In this document: positions 9,769 through 19,845 of the stretch, piece after piece
Layout: every line of letters starts with the position of its first letter
Numbering within the stretch: position 1 is the stretch's first letter
Virus record (IMG/VR): IMGVR_UViG_3300044712_002668
Location: 271,989 to 335,988 of that record
Reading direction: 5' to 3' (one strand)
DNA: 64,000 nucleotides
Made by a program: the position numbers and the translations under genes
Notes under the pieces: model-generated
What the model was told of the DNA's origin: nothing
The model's input: the letters and a program-made list of their open reading frames with translations, nothing else
Databases searched by the model: none

Positions 9769-9877
9769 GGAAGAAAAAAGAAATGCTAATCAAACTGTTA
9801 TTTGTTTGTAGCAAGTGTGGTAGAATCAAAGCACCTTTTGAGAAGTGTATGTGTTTCTTTTATAGGAAACTACACGT

Positions 9878-10126
9878 ATGAAAGTTATAATTCTGAAAAA
9901 GAATGATTGGTATGGATCAGAGTATGGTTTTGGTGCTACCAGAGATTATATTTATGGTTTCGGTGCCACCAGAGATTATTTTCATGGCTGTGGTTATGGG
10001 GTTAGCGATGTGGATGGCGGTGGTTGGGGTGTTGGTGCTGGTTATGGAGGCGGTTGTGGTTTTGGAGATGGAGATGGTTATGGTGATATTAGATGGAAAA
10101 ATACAAAAGGTGTTTGCGAGTATTGA
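9878..10126 (+). CDS. Gly-rich MKV.IL family protein (cluster 1)
   Basis: MKVIILKKNDW plus GxG core; internal YGFGATRDY duplication. Confidence 0.7.
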   Translation: MKVIILKKNDWYGSEYGFGATRDYIYGFGATRDYFHGCGYGVSDVDGGGWGVGAGYGGGCGFGDGDGYGDIRWKNTKGVCEY

Positions 10127-10371
10127 TCCTGAATAAACATAATTGGATGAGAGAAGAGGATGGCGCTGGCTATGGTCATGGCGATGGTCATGGCGATGGT
10201 TGTGGCGATGGTAATGGTTGCAATAGTGACTCCAGTAGTCATTATTATTATCGTCATGGCCGTGGTTATGCTGATGGATTTGGTTTTGGAACAGGTATTG
10301 GCGAAGGAAGTGGCCGTAATCCTGGTTGTGGTTATAATGGTTATGGCGATGGAATTTTATATGAAAGATGA
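10114..10371 (+). CDS. Gly-rich MKV.IL family protein (cluster 1), probable TTG start
   Basis: (L)RVLILNKHNW plus GHGDG repeats. Confidence 0.65.
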   Translation: MRVLILNKHNWMREEDGAGYGHGDGHGDGCGDGNGCNSDSSSHYYYRHGRGYADGFGFGTGIGEGSGRNPGCGYNGYGDGILYER

Positions 10372-10524
10372 CATCGTAACAATACAGATGACTCGTGCTC
10401 AGGCCGAGTACGTTGAAAAATGCGTTGATGCAAGAAGGATAAAAGGTTCAAAAGGTAGAGAGTTCGCTGCTTGGAGAGCTATAAAGAAAGCCCTTGGCAC
10501 TTGGAAAGAAGAAAATAAAACCAA

Positions 10525-10890
10525 ATGACAAGAGAACAAACAATAGGTTTGGCTGTTTCATATTTGATTATCGATGGTCTACGAGATCATACTCAGATCT
10601 TTCACACCATCCAACGTGCCTGTGAATTGGCTCGCACCAAAACTCCAGACGTTATCATTACAAGAGACCATGCCGTTGCTCTAAGAAATCTCTCCGGCCT
10701 TGAATATGAACTTCTTAAAATAAAAGATGTTTCATTGGAAGAAGTTTGTAATGCTTTTGTTCTTCGTAGAACTAATATGATAGAGGATTATAAGAATCTT
10801 CTTGATGCTTCCGATGGAGATGAAAATGATAGTCTCCTGGTTTGGTTGAGGGAACAAGCAAAGATTCTAGGTCTGGAAATAGAAAGATAA
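10525..10890 (+). CDS. Hypothetical protein
   Basis: Coupled ORF. Confidence 0.6.
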   Translation: MTREQTIGLAVSYLIIDGLRDHTQIFHTIQRACELARTKTPDVIITRDHAVALRNLSGLEYELLKIKDVSLEEVCNAFVLRRTNMIEDYKNLLDASDGDENDSLLVWLREQAKILGLEIER

Positions 10891-10900
10891 TGGTGCTGCC

Positions 10901-13156
10901 ATGATGCAGAATCGCTATCCAGGTAAGTGTCAGAGTTGTAATGTTCCCTTGGCTGCTGGAGAAGGTTTCGCTTACAAGAACGGTTATCGTTGGCTTCAAT
11001 GTTGTAACTCAACCGCTTGTATCAATCGTCTGGGTTTGAAAGCCCCCGCTTCCGCTGATATTCGCGGAGAACGAAAGATTACCGAGATTGGTGAGATTAT
11101 CATGGGATTTGATAGGGATGCCGTTCCTCTTATCAAATCTCTTCCTGGGGCTCGTTGGAACCCTGACAATAAGCTTTGGACTGTCTCTGTTATTCCTCGT
11201 GACCTTCCCCGTGTCATTGAGGTTTGCGATCAGTTGAAGCTGGATATTCCAGAATCTCTCAGGGCTTCTTTGAATGCCGGAACCGTGGACAGCAACAAGG
11301 CCCGAGCGAGAGCCGAAGCTGCTCGCCGCCATGATGGCAAAACTTTGTTCGAGTTCCAAAAGGATGGCGTTGTTTTCTTGGCTCTGCACGATCATGCACT
11401 CCTAGCGGACGATATGGGACTTGGAAAGAGCGTGCAGGCTCTTGTTGCTCTCCCTGATAATGCTCAGGTGCTTCTAATCTGCCCGGCTGCTGTAAAGTAT
11501 AACTGGCAGAACGAAGCCAAGATGTGGCGTCCCGAATTTGAAACCATCGTTTGTGAAGGCAAGGATTCCTTTGTTCTTCCCAAGCCTAATCAAATTGTTA
11601 TCATCAATTATGAAATCCTTCCCGCCTTTCTGGTTCCCAAAGAAGTTGAAGGTAAACTCACCAAGAGTGGTAAGCCATATAAGGAAGCTCCCATTCCTGA
11701 TGATATCAGAAAGGAATTGAAGAATGTTATTTTGATTGGGGATGAGTTCCATAAGGTAAAGAATTATAAGAGCATGATGTCCCAGAAGATTGGGGCTATG
11801 ACCAAACTCTGCAAGGTTGTTTGGGCTCTTACCGGTACTCCTCTTATGACTCGCCCTCAGGATTTGTTTGGGATGTTGGCATCTGGCAACATGTATCCAT
11901 TTGGTTCATGGGACAAGTTTGTTGAGAGGTTCAACGGATATAGAGGGCAGTATGGAATAGTATTTGGGAATCCCAAGCCGGAAGTTCCGGAGATGTTGAA
12001 GCGAGTATCTATTCGCCGTTTGAAGACTGAGGTTTTGAAGGATCTTCCCACGAAGATTTATAAGGATATCCTTGTTGATATTGATAAGACTTTGAAGAAG
12101 TATCTTGATAAGGTTACATTGGAGATTGCAATCAATCAGGGACATGTAATTACTGATGAAGAGATTGCTGATGCCAAAAAGAATATGGATGATGTGGCTT
12201 TGAAGATTAATATGAATGACCTTCCTAACTTCAAGGAGTTCTCCACTATCAGGCGTATGTTGGCTGAGGCCAGAATCCCTGCCATGATGGAGATTGTTGA
12301 GAGTTATGAGGATAGCGAAACTCCTCTGGTTGTTTTCTCCGCTCATACCAAGCCTCTTGAGGAACTTGGTAAGCGTGATGGTTGGGGTATTATTACTGGT
12401 GATACTCCCGCTGTTACTCGTGAAAAGGCCAAGCAGGATTTCCAAGCCGGTAAGTTGAAGGGTATCGCTGTTGCTATCAAGGCAGGTGGTGTGGGTATTA
12501 CACTCACACATGCTAGTCATGCATTGTTTGTGGATTTGGATTGGACGCCTGGATTGAATATACAGGCTGAGGATCGTATTTGCCGGATTGGAGCAACAAC
12601 CGAGAATGTATTGATTCAGAGGATGACATCAAATCATCCAATGGATCAGCATATTAATAAGTTGATTTGCAAGAAGATAGCATTGATGTATGAGGCATTG
12701 GACAAGTCAATCAAGGTCAAGCCGTTGAAGAAGCGGCCTGAGAAGATTGAATTGGTAGAGGAGACTGAGGCTGATATGTTGGCGCGAATTGAAGCGGCCG
12801 GCAAGGAAGCTGAAAAGCAATTTTACAAGGATAAGGTTCATGGAATTTTGGGAAGGGAGTTGGCAAGGGCAGAAGGAATACCGGAACCCAAGCTTACACC
12901 CAAGCGCAAGGAATTGATATTGAGGGCTTTGGATTATATGGCATCTCGTTGTGATGGAGCTGAGAGCCGGGATTATATGGGTTTCAATAAGCCCGATGCG
13001 GCGATTGCTCAATGGTTGTATGGAGCTGAGTTTGCAGAGGATGAAGTAATCTGGAGGGTTACCGAAAGAATTTTGAGTAGGTATTATAGGCAGCTTGTTA
13101 CCATTGGTAAGGAGTTTGGAGAGGACTTTACTGCTATCTGGAAGCCAGATGTATAA
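10901..13156 (+). CDS. SNF2/SWI2-family helicase (HARP/SMARCAL1-like) with N-terminal Zn finger
   Basis: ADDMGLGKS, DEFH, LTGTP, GGVGITLT, QAEDRICRIG motifs. Confidence 0.9.
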   Translation: MMQNRYPGKCQSCNVPLAAGEGFAYKNGYRWLQCCNSTACINRLGLKAPASADIRGERKITEIGEIIMGFDRDAVPLIKSLPGARWNPDNKLWTVSVIPRDLPRVIEVCDQLKLDIPESLRASLNAGTVDSNKARARAEAARRHDGKTLFEFQKDGVVFLALHDHALLADDMGLGKSVQALVALPDNAQVLLICPAAVKYNWQNEAKMWRPEFETIVCEGKDSFVLPKPNQIVIINYEILPAFLVPKEVEGKLTKSGKPYKEAPIPDDIRKELKNVILIGDEFHKVKNYKSMMSQKIGAMTKLCKVVWALTGTPLMTRPQDLFGMLASGNMYPFGSWDKFVERFNGYRGQYGIVFGNPKPEVPEMLKRVSIRRLKTEVLKDLPTKIYKDILVDIDKTLKKYLDKVTLEIAINQGHVITDEEIADAKKNMDDVALKINMNDLPNFKEFSTIRRMLAEARIPAMMEIVESYEDSETPLVVFSAHTKPLEELGKRDGWGIITGDTPAVTREKAKQDFQAGKLKGIAVAIKAGGVGITLTHASHALFVDLDWTPGLNIQAEDRICRIGATTENVLIQRMTSNHPMDQHINKLICKKIALMYEALDKSIKVKPLKKRPEKIELVEETEADMLARIEAAGKEAEKQFYKDKVHGILGRELARAEGIPEPKLTPKRKELILRALDYMASRCDGAESRDYMGFNKPDAAIAQWLYGAEFAEDEVIWRVTERILSRYYRQLVTIGKEFGEDFTAIWKPDV

Positions 13157-13158
13157 AT

Positions 13159-13722
13159 ATGTTAAAGTCTAACACCAAGATTTCTGGTATTTATTTCCTT
13201 TCGGATCATGCCGGAGATATATGCCTGGTTAAAGAAGATACATATACTCCCGATGAAAAGTATTTGGACAATTATTATGTCACTGTAATCAAGGAAGATA
13301 AAGAAGAAAAGGTATTGATACTGGATAATTATGGCGATGAATGGTTGACTGGAAAGATAAGGAAGAGACTATTTGGAACCAAGAATCATACGATTGGATT
13401 GAATACTTCCGATGGTCATATTTATCTGGTGAGTGCATCTGCTGAACCTGGAAGCGATGTATATGATTTGTTCTTGTCTGATTTTGCCAATGACACACCT
13501 ATCTTCCTACCTAAGGGATATCTATCAAAACTTGATGAGTTGAAGAGTTGTAAGAGGCCATATGTTCTTTACATAGCTCCATGGGCAATGATGCATTTCA
13601 TGGATAGGGATTTTGGTTATGACAAGTTGATTGAGCATTTGATTATTCAATTTGATTTCGATCCTTATCTTGAAGTTTACAATGATAGTTATCGTACTGT
13701 AACGGCATGGAATAAAACCTGA
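13159..13722 (+). CDS. Hypothetical protein
   Basis: ORF in operon. Confidence 0.6.
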   Translation: MLKSNTKISGIYFLSDHAGDICLVKEDTYTPDEKYLDNYYVTVIKEDKEEKVLILDNYGDEWLTGKIRKRLFGTKNHTIGLNTSDGHIYLVSASAEPGSDVYDLFLSDFANDTPIFLPKGYLSKLDELKSCKRPYVLYIAPWAMMHFMDRDFGYDKLIEHLIIQFDFDPYLEVYNDSYRTVTAWNKT

Positions 13723-14024
13723 TGAGTGATATGTTTGAAAGATTTACCAATGGTGAAGACCCTGTTACGGCAGATCTTTTGGAGAAACTAAAGCAAGGCA
13801 AGGATCTAAGGCTTGCTCTTATTCGTCATCTTCAAACTCTCAGCGTTGGTTCGGAAGAGAACCTAAGAGTTCAAGCTATCTCTCTTCTGTATCTGGCCGC
13901 TCATGCCTTTATCGGCAAGCCATCCGATAAAGAGATGTTGAGCTTGGCTTTTGGAATTGCTTCCGAAAAGATGTTTGAGATTGTTTATAAGGTAAAAACA
14001 AATGGCCCTGGCAATCTCTCTTGA
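13722..14024 (+). CDS. Hypothetical protein
   Basis: TGATG coupling. Confidence 0.6.
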   Translation: MSDMFERFTNGEDPVTADLLEKLKQGKDLRLALIRHLQTLSVGSEENLRVQAISLLYLAAHAFIGKPSDKEMLSLAFGIASEKMFEIVYKVKTNGPGNLS

Positions 14025-14334
14025 AAAATTATTCTTTCTCTTAAGAAATCTTTTTGAGATGATAATTATAAATCTTTTTCCTAAACTATACCAAAGAAAG
14101 TTTTATTCTTCTTCAATGCCATTGCCTTTATTTACTGCAGTATCAAGCAATCATTGGTCTGTAAGGTACTTCAATCTTTTTCCAAGTGCTATAGTTCGAA
14201 GATTCAAGATTATGACCAAGGAAGAATTTATGAAGTTCATGGATGAATGTATAGATTATGCTCCTGATTATAAATCTCAATTCATGCTTAATAAACATAA
14301 GAAAAATTTCGAGGAGCTGACCAGAGATTCTGAC

Positions 14335-14362
14335 TTGACAAACAAAGCTTTTCTGTCAAAAT
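14335..14362 (+). promoter_or_regulatory. sigma70-like promoter TTGACA-16-CAAAAT (TGn), overlapping a TTGACA..TGTCAA palindrome
   Basis: Upstream of the orphan Ku start. Confidence 0.45.
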
Positions 14363-14409
14363 GACCTTTGGTCATTTCGTAAACCAGCACAAAACAAGGA
14401 AACACAACC

Positions 14410-14448
14410 ATGGCATCTCACTCCACCGGTAGTTTTACGATTGGTTTT
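14410..14448 (+). pseudogene. Orphan duplicate of first 13 codons of Ku (MASHSTGSFTIGF)
   Basis: Near-identical to 15400..15438, with its own AAGGA SD. Confidence 0.8.
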
Positions 14449-15340
14449 GTAGTTTATTCCAATCAGATTCCCAAATTGATTTAATTGTGTACCCGGCTTC
14501 TATTAATATCTTCTCTTTAAGAATTGTGTTATCGTAAAGAGCACCATAAGTTATTTTATTTTTTGGATTTATATCTGTAGGTTTGTATAGTTTAGGGTTA
14601 CCATGCCAAGAATCACCGTTGAATTCGTATACCGTTTTTGTTTCTGGATCATAACCATCAGCCTTAAATCTTTTTTCTCCAATATGAATGGTTACCTCTC
14701 TGTGTAATGGGTCATCTGGAATGCCTAGAGAATCCAACCATTTGTTTTGTTTGTATGTATTTAGACATTTAGGACATCCATTACCAGCTAAATGATTACT
14801 TGGACTTTGTTTAAAGCCTCCGTGTTTGTGACATGTTATTGTTATTTTTATTCTGTTATTTGTGTATACTACATTTTCATATGAATATTTTCCATTATGA
14901 ATCTTATTAGCTTTAATGATAAATGATTCTTTATCCATGTTTGTAGTACCTCCACATTTTTGACATCCTTTACCAACCAAATGATTATGTGGTGTTTGTT
15001 CAAACTCTCCATGCTCTTGACATACTATAATTACTTTTTTGTAATTTCCTATATATACAACTTTGTTGTATGAGTATTTTTCTCCATGAACTTTATTAGC
15101 CTTTTTAATAAACTCTTCTGTATTTGAGCGCTTAGCGTTACCAATTTTATTTGGCATACATTTTGGACACCCCTGACCACGAAAATGACCGTCTGGTGTT
15201 TGCTCAAAGTTTCCATGTTTTTTACATGTTATTGTTATTTTTATTCTGTTATTTATGTATTTAGCGTTTTCATATGAGTATTCTCCGTCATGAATATTTG
15301 TCGCTTTTGTTATAAATTCTTTTGTTGTAAGTCGTTTCAT
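14435..15340 (-). mobile_element. Free-standing homing-endonuclease-like gene: three DUF723-like Zn repeats plus a VSR/PD-(D/E)xK-like nuclease
   Basis: Repeated C..HG.F.Q.P..H..G.GC.KC; C-terminal ADGY...YEFNGDSWHG...IWE. Confidence 0.8.
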
Positions 15341-15399
15341 ATAATAATTTATTATGAAACAACAGAAAACCTACTCGACACAAAAAGAAAGAAAAAACA

Positions 15400-16272
15400 A
15401 TGGCATCTCACTCCACTGGTAGCTTTGTAATTGGTTTCGGACCTCTCACGTGTATGGTAAAGACCTACGTTTCAGCATCACCAACTCGTATTGGGTTCAA
15501 GTGGATCAATAAGAAGACGGGTAATCTTGTTGGTCAGAAGAAGTTTGACAAGGTAACTAACGAGGAAGTTCAGCAAGCAGATATTATTAATGGATATGAA
15601 TATTCCAAGGATAAGTATCTACACTTTACTGATGTAGAGGTAGATAATATGCAGGCTACGAAGAAGGATACGATGGAGATTGCGGAGTTCGTTCCGATCA
15701 GTTCCATTGATCCGTTGCAGGTAGAGAAGACGTTTTACCTACAGCCTGATAAGGGTCAGGATGGTAATTACAAGTTGTTCTCTGTTGTTCTAGCCAAGTG
15801 TGGCAGGGCTGCTGTTGGTAAGTGGGTATCACGAGGCAAGGAACATCTTGTTGTGATTCGTGCTTATCAGCATGGAATTATTATGCACCAGATGTTCTAT
15901 CATAATGAGGTGCGTGGTTTTGAGGATAAGTGTTCTGCTGTTCCGCTCAATGAGAGGAACGTAAAGATTGCTGAGGAAATGATTTCTTATGGTTTGAGTG
16001 AGACGTTTGATTCCAAGAAGTATGCAGATATGTTTGTTGATAAGTTGAATGCTGCCGTGGCAAAGAAGTTGGCCAATCCTGATGAGCCGATTACTGCTGA
16101 TACCGGAGCTGCTTTGAAGGTTATTGATCAGGGCGATGCAATGCTCGCTTGGCTTGATGCAAAGCGTAAGGAGAAGGCCCAGCCTGTTGCCGAGCCTGTT
16201 GTTGAGAAGCCTGAGCCTCTCAAGTTGACCTCCAAGCCTGCCAAGAAGGCCAGGGCAAAGAAGGCTTCTTAA
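15400..16272 (+). CDS. ku: Ku DNA end-binding protein (NHEJ)
   Basis: IGFGPLT..VKTY, GYEYSKDKY, MEIAEFVP...IDP...KTFYLQP, RGKEHLV.IR; basic tail. Confidence 0.9.
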   Translation: MASHSTGSFVIGFGPLTCMVKTYVSASPTRIGFKWINKKTGNLVGQKKFDKVTNEEVQQADIINGYEYSKDKYLHFTDVEVDNMQATKKDTMEIAEFVPISSIDPLQVEKTFYLQPDKGQDGNYKLFSVVLAKCGRAAVGKWVSRGKEHLVVIRAYQHGIIMHQMFYHNEVRGFEDKCSAVPLNERNVKIAEEMISYGLSETFDSKKYADMFVDKLNAAVAKKLANPDEPITADTGAALKVIDQGDAMLAWLDAKRKEKAQPVAEPVVEKPEPLKLTSKPAKKARAKKAS

Positions 16273-17075
16273 AGATCCCACTCTTCTAGATCAGTAGGTA
16301 TCTCAGGTTTCTGTCCTTCTTGACTCATCATTTCTTCGTAATGAGCTCTTAACCCTCTAAGACCGTGTATTTTTACTCTTCTATTAGTAATACTTTCCAT
16401 AAGTAATTTTTTGTTATGTGCGGCTGCTTGAATAGCAATGCTATCTTTTTCTAGATAACCTTCCATTTTATCATGTCTTTTCCATTCTGCTTCATCTTCT
16501 AGATTCAATTGTCTTAGTTTATGTATGCGATTATCTATCTCTTCTATTTTCTTAGCCCAAATACTTGCTTGCTTTACAATAGATCTATATGTTTCGATGG
16601 CACCTGTGCTATTCATACCTGGATTACATTTGTAAGCTGGTGCTACTAATCTACCACCAGGCGTATAAATATCCCAATATACACCAGCAGTATCCATATA
16701 TCGGTTATATTTCTTGAAGCTAGTGTTTTTGGAAATAGCATCATTTCTTTGAATTGTTTCAACAAATCTTTGGTTTTCTGGAGTATTAACAAACCCCTGA
16801 TCAAGGATTTGTTTAATGTGATCATTGTCTATGTTACGTTTCTTATCAGAAGCACGTTCTGCGTTTAGTTCTTGCTGAGCCTTCTGTTGTTGAGCTTGTT
16901 GTTTAGCCTGCTGAAAAGTCTGAACTTGCTGTTGAGCCTGCTGAGTAGCTGGACCAATTTTTGGTTGCAAAGTTTTTGCTTGTTCCCATGGCCAAGCAGC
17001 TTGCTTTACAATAGATCTATACGTTTCGATGGCAACTTTCTTCGCGGCAGCTAATGCAATTTTCTTGGTGTTCAT
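16269..17075 (-). CDS. Hypothetical protein carrying two AIETYRSIVKQA motifs
   Basis: Internal DNA direct repeat (about 16567-16602 and 16998-17033); paralogous motif at 33431..33673. Confidence 0.7.
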   Translation of the reverse strand: MNTKKIALAAAKKVAIETYRSIVKQAAWPWEQAKTLQPKIGPATQQAQQQVQTFQQAKQQAQQQKAQQELNAERASDKKRNIDNDHIKQILDQGFVNTPENQRFVETIQRNDAISKNTSFKKYNRYMDTAGVYWDIYTPGGRLVAPAYKCNPGMNSTGAIETYRSIVKQASIWAKKIEEIDNRIHKLRQLNLEDEAEWKRHDKMEGYLEKDSIAIQAAAHNKKLLMESITNRRVKIHGLRGLRAHYEEMMSQEGQKPEIPTDLEEWDL

Positions 17076-17122
17076 GTTTTTATGTGTAAGTATGTATATA
17101 CAAAAACAAAATCAAAAAGTAT

Positions 17123-17587
17123 ATGAGAAACACCCTCCTGATTAGTTTTATAGTTCTACTTTTTCCTCTCTCTGCAAGTGGAGATTCAAATGATTTCAAT
17201 CAGAACATTGGAGGAAGATGGAGCACTCCACAGGGAGGAACCATGATTATCTCTCAATGTCGTGGTTGTGATATCATTACTGTTACTTATCGTTCTTCAG
17301 ATATTCCGGTTGGTAGTTTGACCTTTAAAACAGATTTGTATGGAATTGACAATACCACCTTCCGGTTGGCTGGAAGGTCTCAGGATGAGGCTTTCCGTGC
17401 CAAGGATGGGTGGATTTGCACCATGAGGGGGCTCACCCTCTCGGTTCGTGGTAAGCTCCTGGGCAAGTGGCCTACTCGCGAAATCGAGGCTTCCACTTGC
17501 TTCGCCTCCGGTTCTATCGGCTGCGAAAAAGGAGATAAACTTAATACCAAATTCTTCAGGTCTGAATGTGATGGTACCTGGAAATGA
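17123..17587 (+). CDS. Secreted Cys-containing protein
   Basis: Signal peptide MRNTLLISFIVLLFPLSASG; six Cys. Confidence 0.65.
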   Translation: MRNTLLISFIVLLFPLSASGDSNDFNQNIGGRWSTPQGGTMIISQCRGCDIITVTYRSSDIPVGSLTFKTDLYGIDNTTFRLAGRSQDEAFRAKDGWICTMRGLTLSVRGKLLGKWPTREIEASTCFASGSIGCEKGDKLNTKFFRSECDGTWK

Positions 17588-17805
17588 AAATGTACCATAT
17601 AAGAGTTTTCGATCCTGAAGAAGGTTTCGTTACCAAAGCTACCGTTCCTTTCGATAATATTTATCCTTCTGTATACAAAATGTTTCCTGATTCTAAAGTT
17701 GTTTGGCTAGATGATTTCAATGAGGCTGAAATTATAGATGAGAATAATTTGATTCTAGCAGAATTGTTTGTAGTATATACAGAGGACAATCATGCTGACT
17801 CCTGA
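17584..17805 (+). CDS. Hypothetical protein
   Basis: Coupled ORF. Confidence 0.55.
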   Translation: MKMYHIRVFDPEEGFVTKATVPFDNIYPSVYKMFPDSKVVWLDDFNEAEIIDENNLILAELFVVYTEDNHADS

Positions 17806-18052
17806 TACCATCCAGATTTTGAATGATACTATTGAAGATACCGAATCTCTAACTCTAAGAAACAAGATTGTAAGTATCCTTACTTCCAATCATATTAGTT
17901 ATCATCAAGCTGTAATTAATTTGATTACCTTGGCTGTATCTGTTGCAAGGAGTGATGGTCTAAGTAAAGAAGGTTTTGTAGATATCGCAAAACATATTTA
18001 TGACAATATCCAGTTTGTAAATAATCCTGATAGTGAGAAAGGCAGCAACTAA
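17792..18052 (+). CDS. Hypothetical protein
   Basis: GAGG SD; overlaps upstream gene. Confidence 0.55.
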   Translation: MLTPDTIQILNDTIEDTESLTLRNKIVSILTSNHISYHQAVINLITLAVSVARSDGLSKEGFVDIAKHIYDNIQFVNNPDSEKGSN

Positions 18053-18703
18053 ATGAACAACCAAATAAGACTTATAAAGTTGACTCCGCAGCTTGAAGCT
18101 CTACAGAAATTTGTCAATGATAATATCATTACTCCTCGTAATGGAGCAATGACTGCTCAGGAAATCTATAACAAATTCGGCAAGCATAATACTTCATTGG
18201 ACAAGGATGATTTCATCCAGGCATTCCGGTTTGCAATTCATGAGGGAAAGATTACTGGAATTGCAGGAAGCGGAAAGGGAGGTTACAAGAGAGCGGATCT
18301 TGTAAAGCCTCGTAAGAACCGTTCTCCTCGTACCCCTGTGTTTGAACCTGTTGCTGAAGCCTCTTCCGATTCTTCTGTAGAAGAGGAAGAGGTTGTTGAG
18401 GATGATAAGGTTGGTATTGATATCCGTATCGGTTCCTATCGTTTGGTTCCCCTTGATAAGAGAAATTGGGGATTGCAGAAGAAGAATGGTAACGATTGGA
18501 TTACGCAGGGATATTATAGCAAGCTTCGTGAAGCATTGACTGGGGTTGCCAGTAAGTTGATTGATAAGCAGCTAAAGAGTTCTCCCAAGACTATCAAGGA
18601 ACTTGGTGAACTTGTTAGCCTTATCAAGGTTGCTGAAAAGAATTTGATCTCAAATATGGAGAAGATGGTTTATGAGCATAAGCAGGAGCAGGACAATGCG
18701 TAG
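18053..18703 (+). CDS. Two-domain hypothetical protein, possible N-terminal winged helix
   Basis: GSGKGGYKR wing-like motif; acidic linker. Confidence 0.6.
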   Translation: MNNQIRLIKLTPQLEALQKFVNDNIITPRNGAMTAQEIYNKFGKHNTSLDKDDFIQAFRFAIHEGKITGIAGSGKGGYKRADLVKPRKNRSPRTPVFEPVAEASSDSSVEEEEVVEDDKVGIDIRIGSYRLVPLDKRNWGLQKKNGNDWITQGYYSKLREALTGVASKLIDKQLKSSPKTIKELGELVSLIKVAEKNLISNMEKMVYEHKQEQDNA

Positions 18704-18886
18704 CACTAAAACCTTCTCGGTTGTTGATAAAGATGGTAATGTTCTTTATCAGTTGAAAGACCTTCCTATCAATCATCCTTCCCTGATTCTAGTTACTCTA
18801 CCCATCGCTCTTGAGAGTTTTGAACTCAACCAGCGTGTAAAGGGTACTGATTTGGTGCGTAATATCATATACATCGAAAGAACTCG

Positions 18887-19681
18887 ATGACTACTGAGAA
18901 CAACATTACAGTGTTGATGAGCGTTTCAAAGGAATGGGTTGAGCAGAATAGAGATAAGTATTTCTTTTCGGTAGAGCGTGATAGTTATGATAGTGTTGAT
19001 ATCCGTATTAGTACAAAGATTAGTGTAGAAGATTTTCTTAAGAATGAGGAAGTTTTTTATAAGCAACCTGAGAGAGCTTCTGATGAGGAGTTCTGGAAGG
19101 TTATAGAGGGTTGTGATTGGGCAAAGGATTTTGATTTCAAGAGAGTCAAGAAGTTCTTGATTTCTAAGTATAGAGATGATGTAGATGGTTTGGATAAGTT
19201 CAGGGAGGCATATACCAAGAAGCGTGGAAAGTTGGGCAAGGTTGCCAGGAATCTTAAATTGGGACTTGGCGATGATAGCTACGGTGATTTGCTTGCCCAT
19301 ATCATTGGTCTTGGTCAGGATGAGTTTGATAAGTGTATTGATAATCCTAAGCTCATTGAAATTCGTGCCAGGAAGAATGCTTTCGTAGAGAGTTTTGCAT
19401 ATAGCATTCCATATGCTAGTGATTTCAAGTGTATGGAATTGTCCTACTATAAAGAACAAGCTCAAAGGATTATTGATGATTTGGAGGGGCTGGATTGTAA
19501 AGCAGCCAAGGATACCATCAAGTTGTGTGGTTTGTTGTTGGAGGGAGATATTGAGGGATTCCTCAGGTATGAGGAAGGTTTGAGGGATAACGCTACGGTG
19601 CTTCGCAGTGATTGTAGTTTGGGATGGTTGATAGAGAATACCATTAGTGATTTGAGATTGTATGGAGAATTCATCCGTTGA
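18887..19681 (+). CDS. Hypothetical protein, possibly DUF4240-like
   Basis: SDEEFWKVIE...GDDSY.DL.AHII..G pattern. Confidence 0.55.
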   Translation: MTTENNITVLMSVSKEWVEQNRDKYFFSVERDSYDSVDIRISTKISVEDFLKNEEVFYKQPERASDEEFWKVIEGCDWAKDFDFKRVKKFLISKYRDDVDGLDKFREAYTKKRGKLGKVARNLKLGLGDDSYGDLLAHIIGLGQDEFDKCIDNPKLIEIRARKNAFVESFAYSIPYASDFKCMELSYYKEQAQRIIDDLEGLDCKAAKDTIKLCGLLLEGDIEGFLRYEEGLRDNATVLRSDCSLGWLIENTISDLRLYGEFIR

Positions 19682-19845
19682 TGAATTGATTCTGGATATT
19701 GCAGAAAAATTTCATGTACCACAAAATAAAGTAGGGTTATCCAGAGTTTCTCATGGATGGTTGGCCGATATCAGGGTTGGCGGACATACCTATGAGTATG
19801 AGGCCAGCTCTGATATCGAAGCTTTGAAGGGATTGTTATCACATC

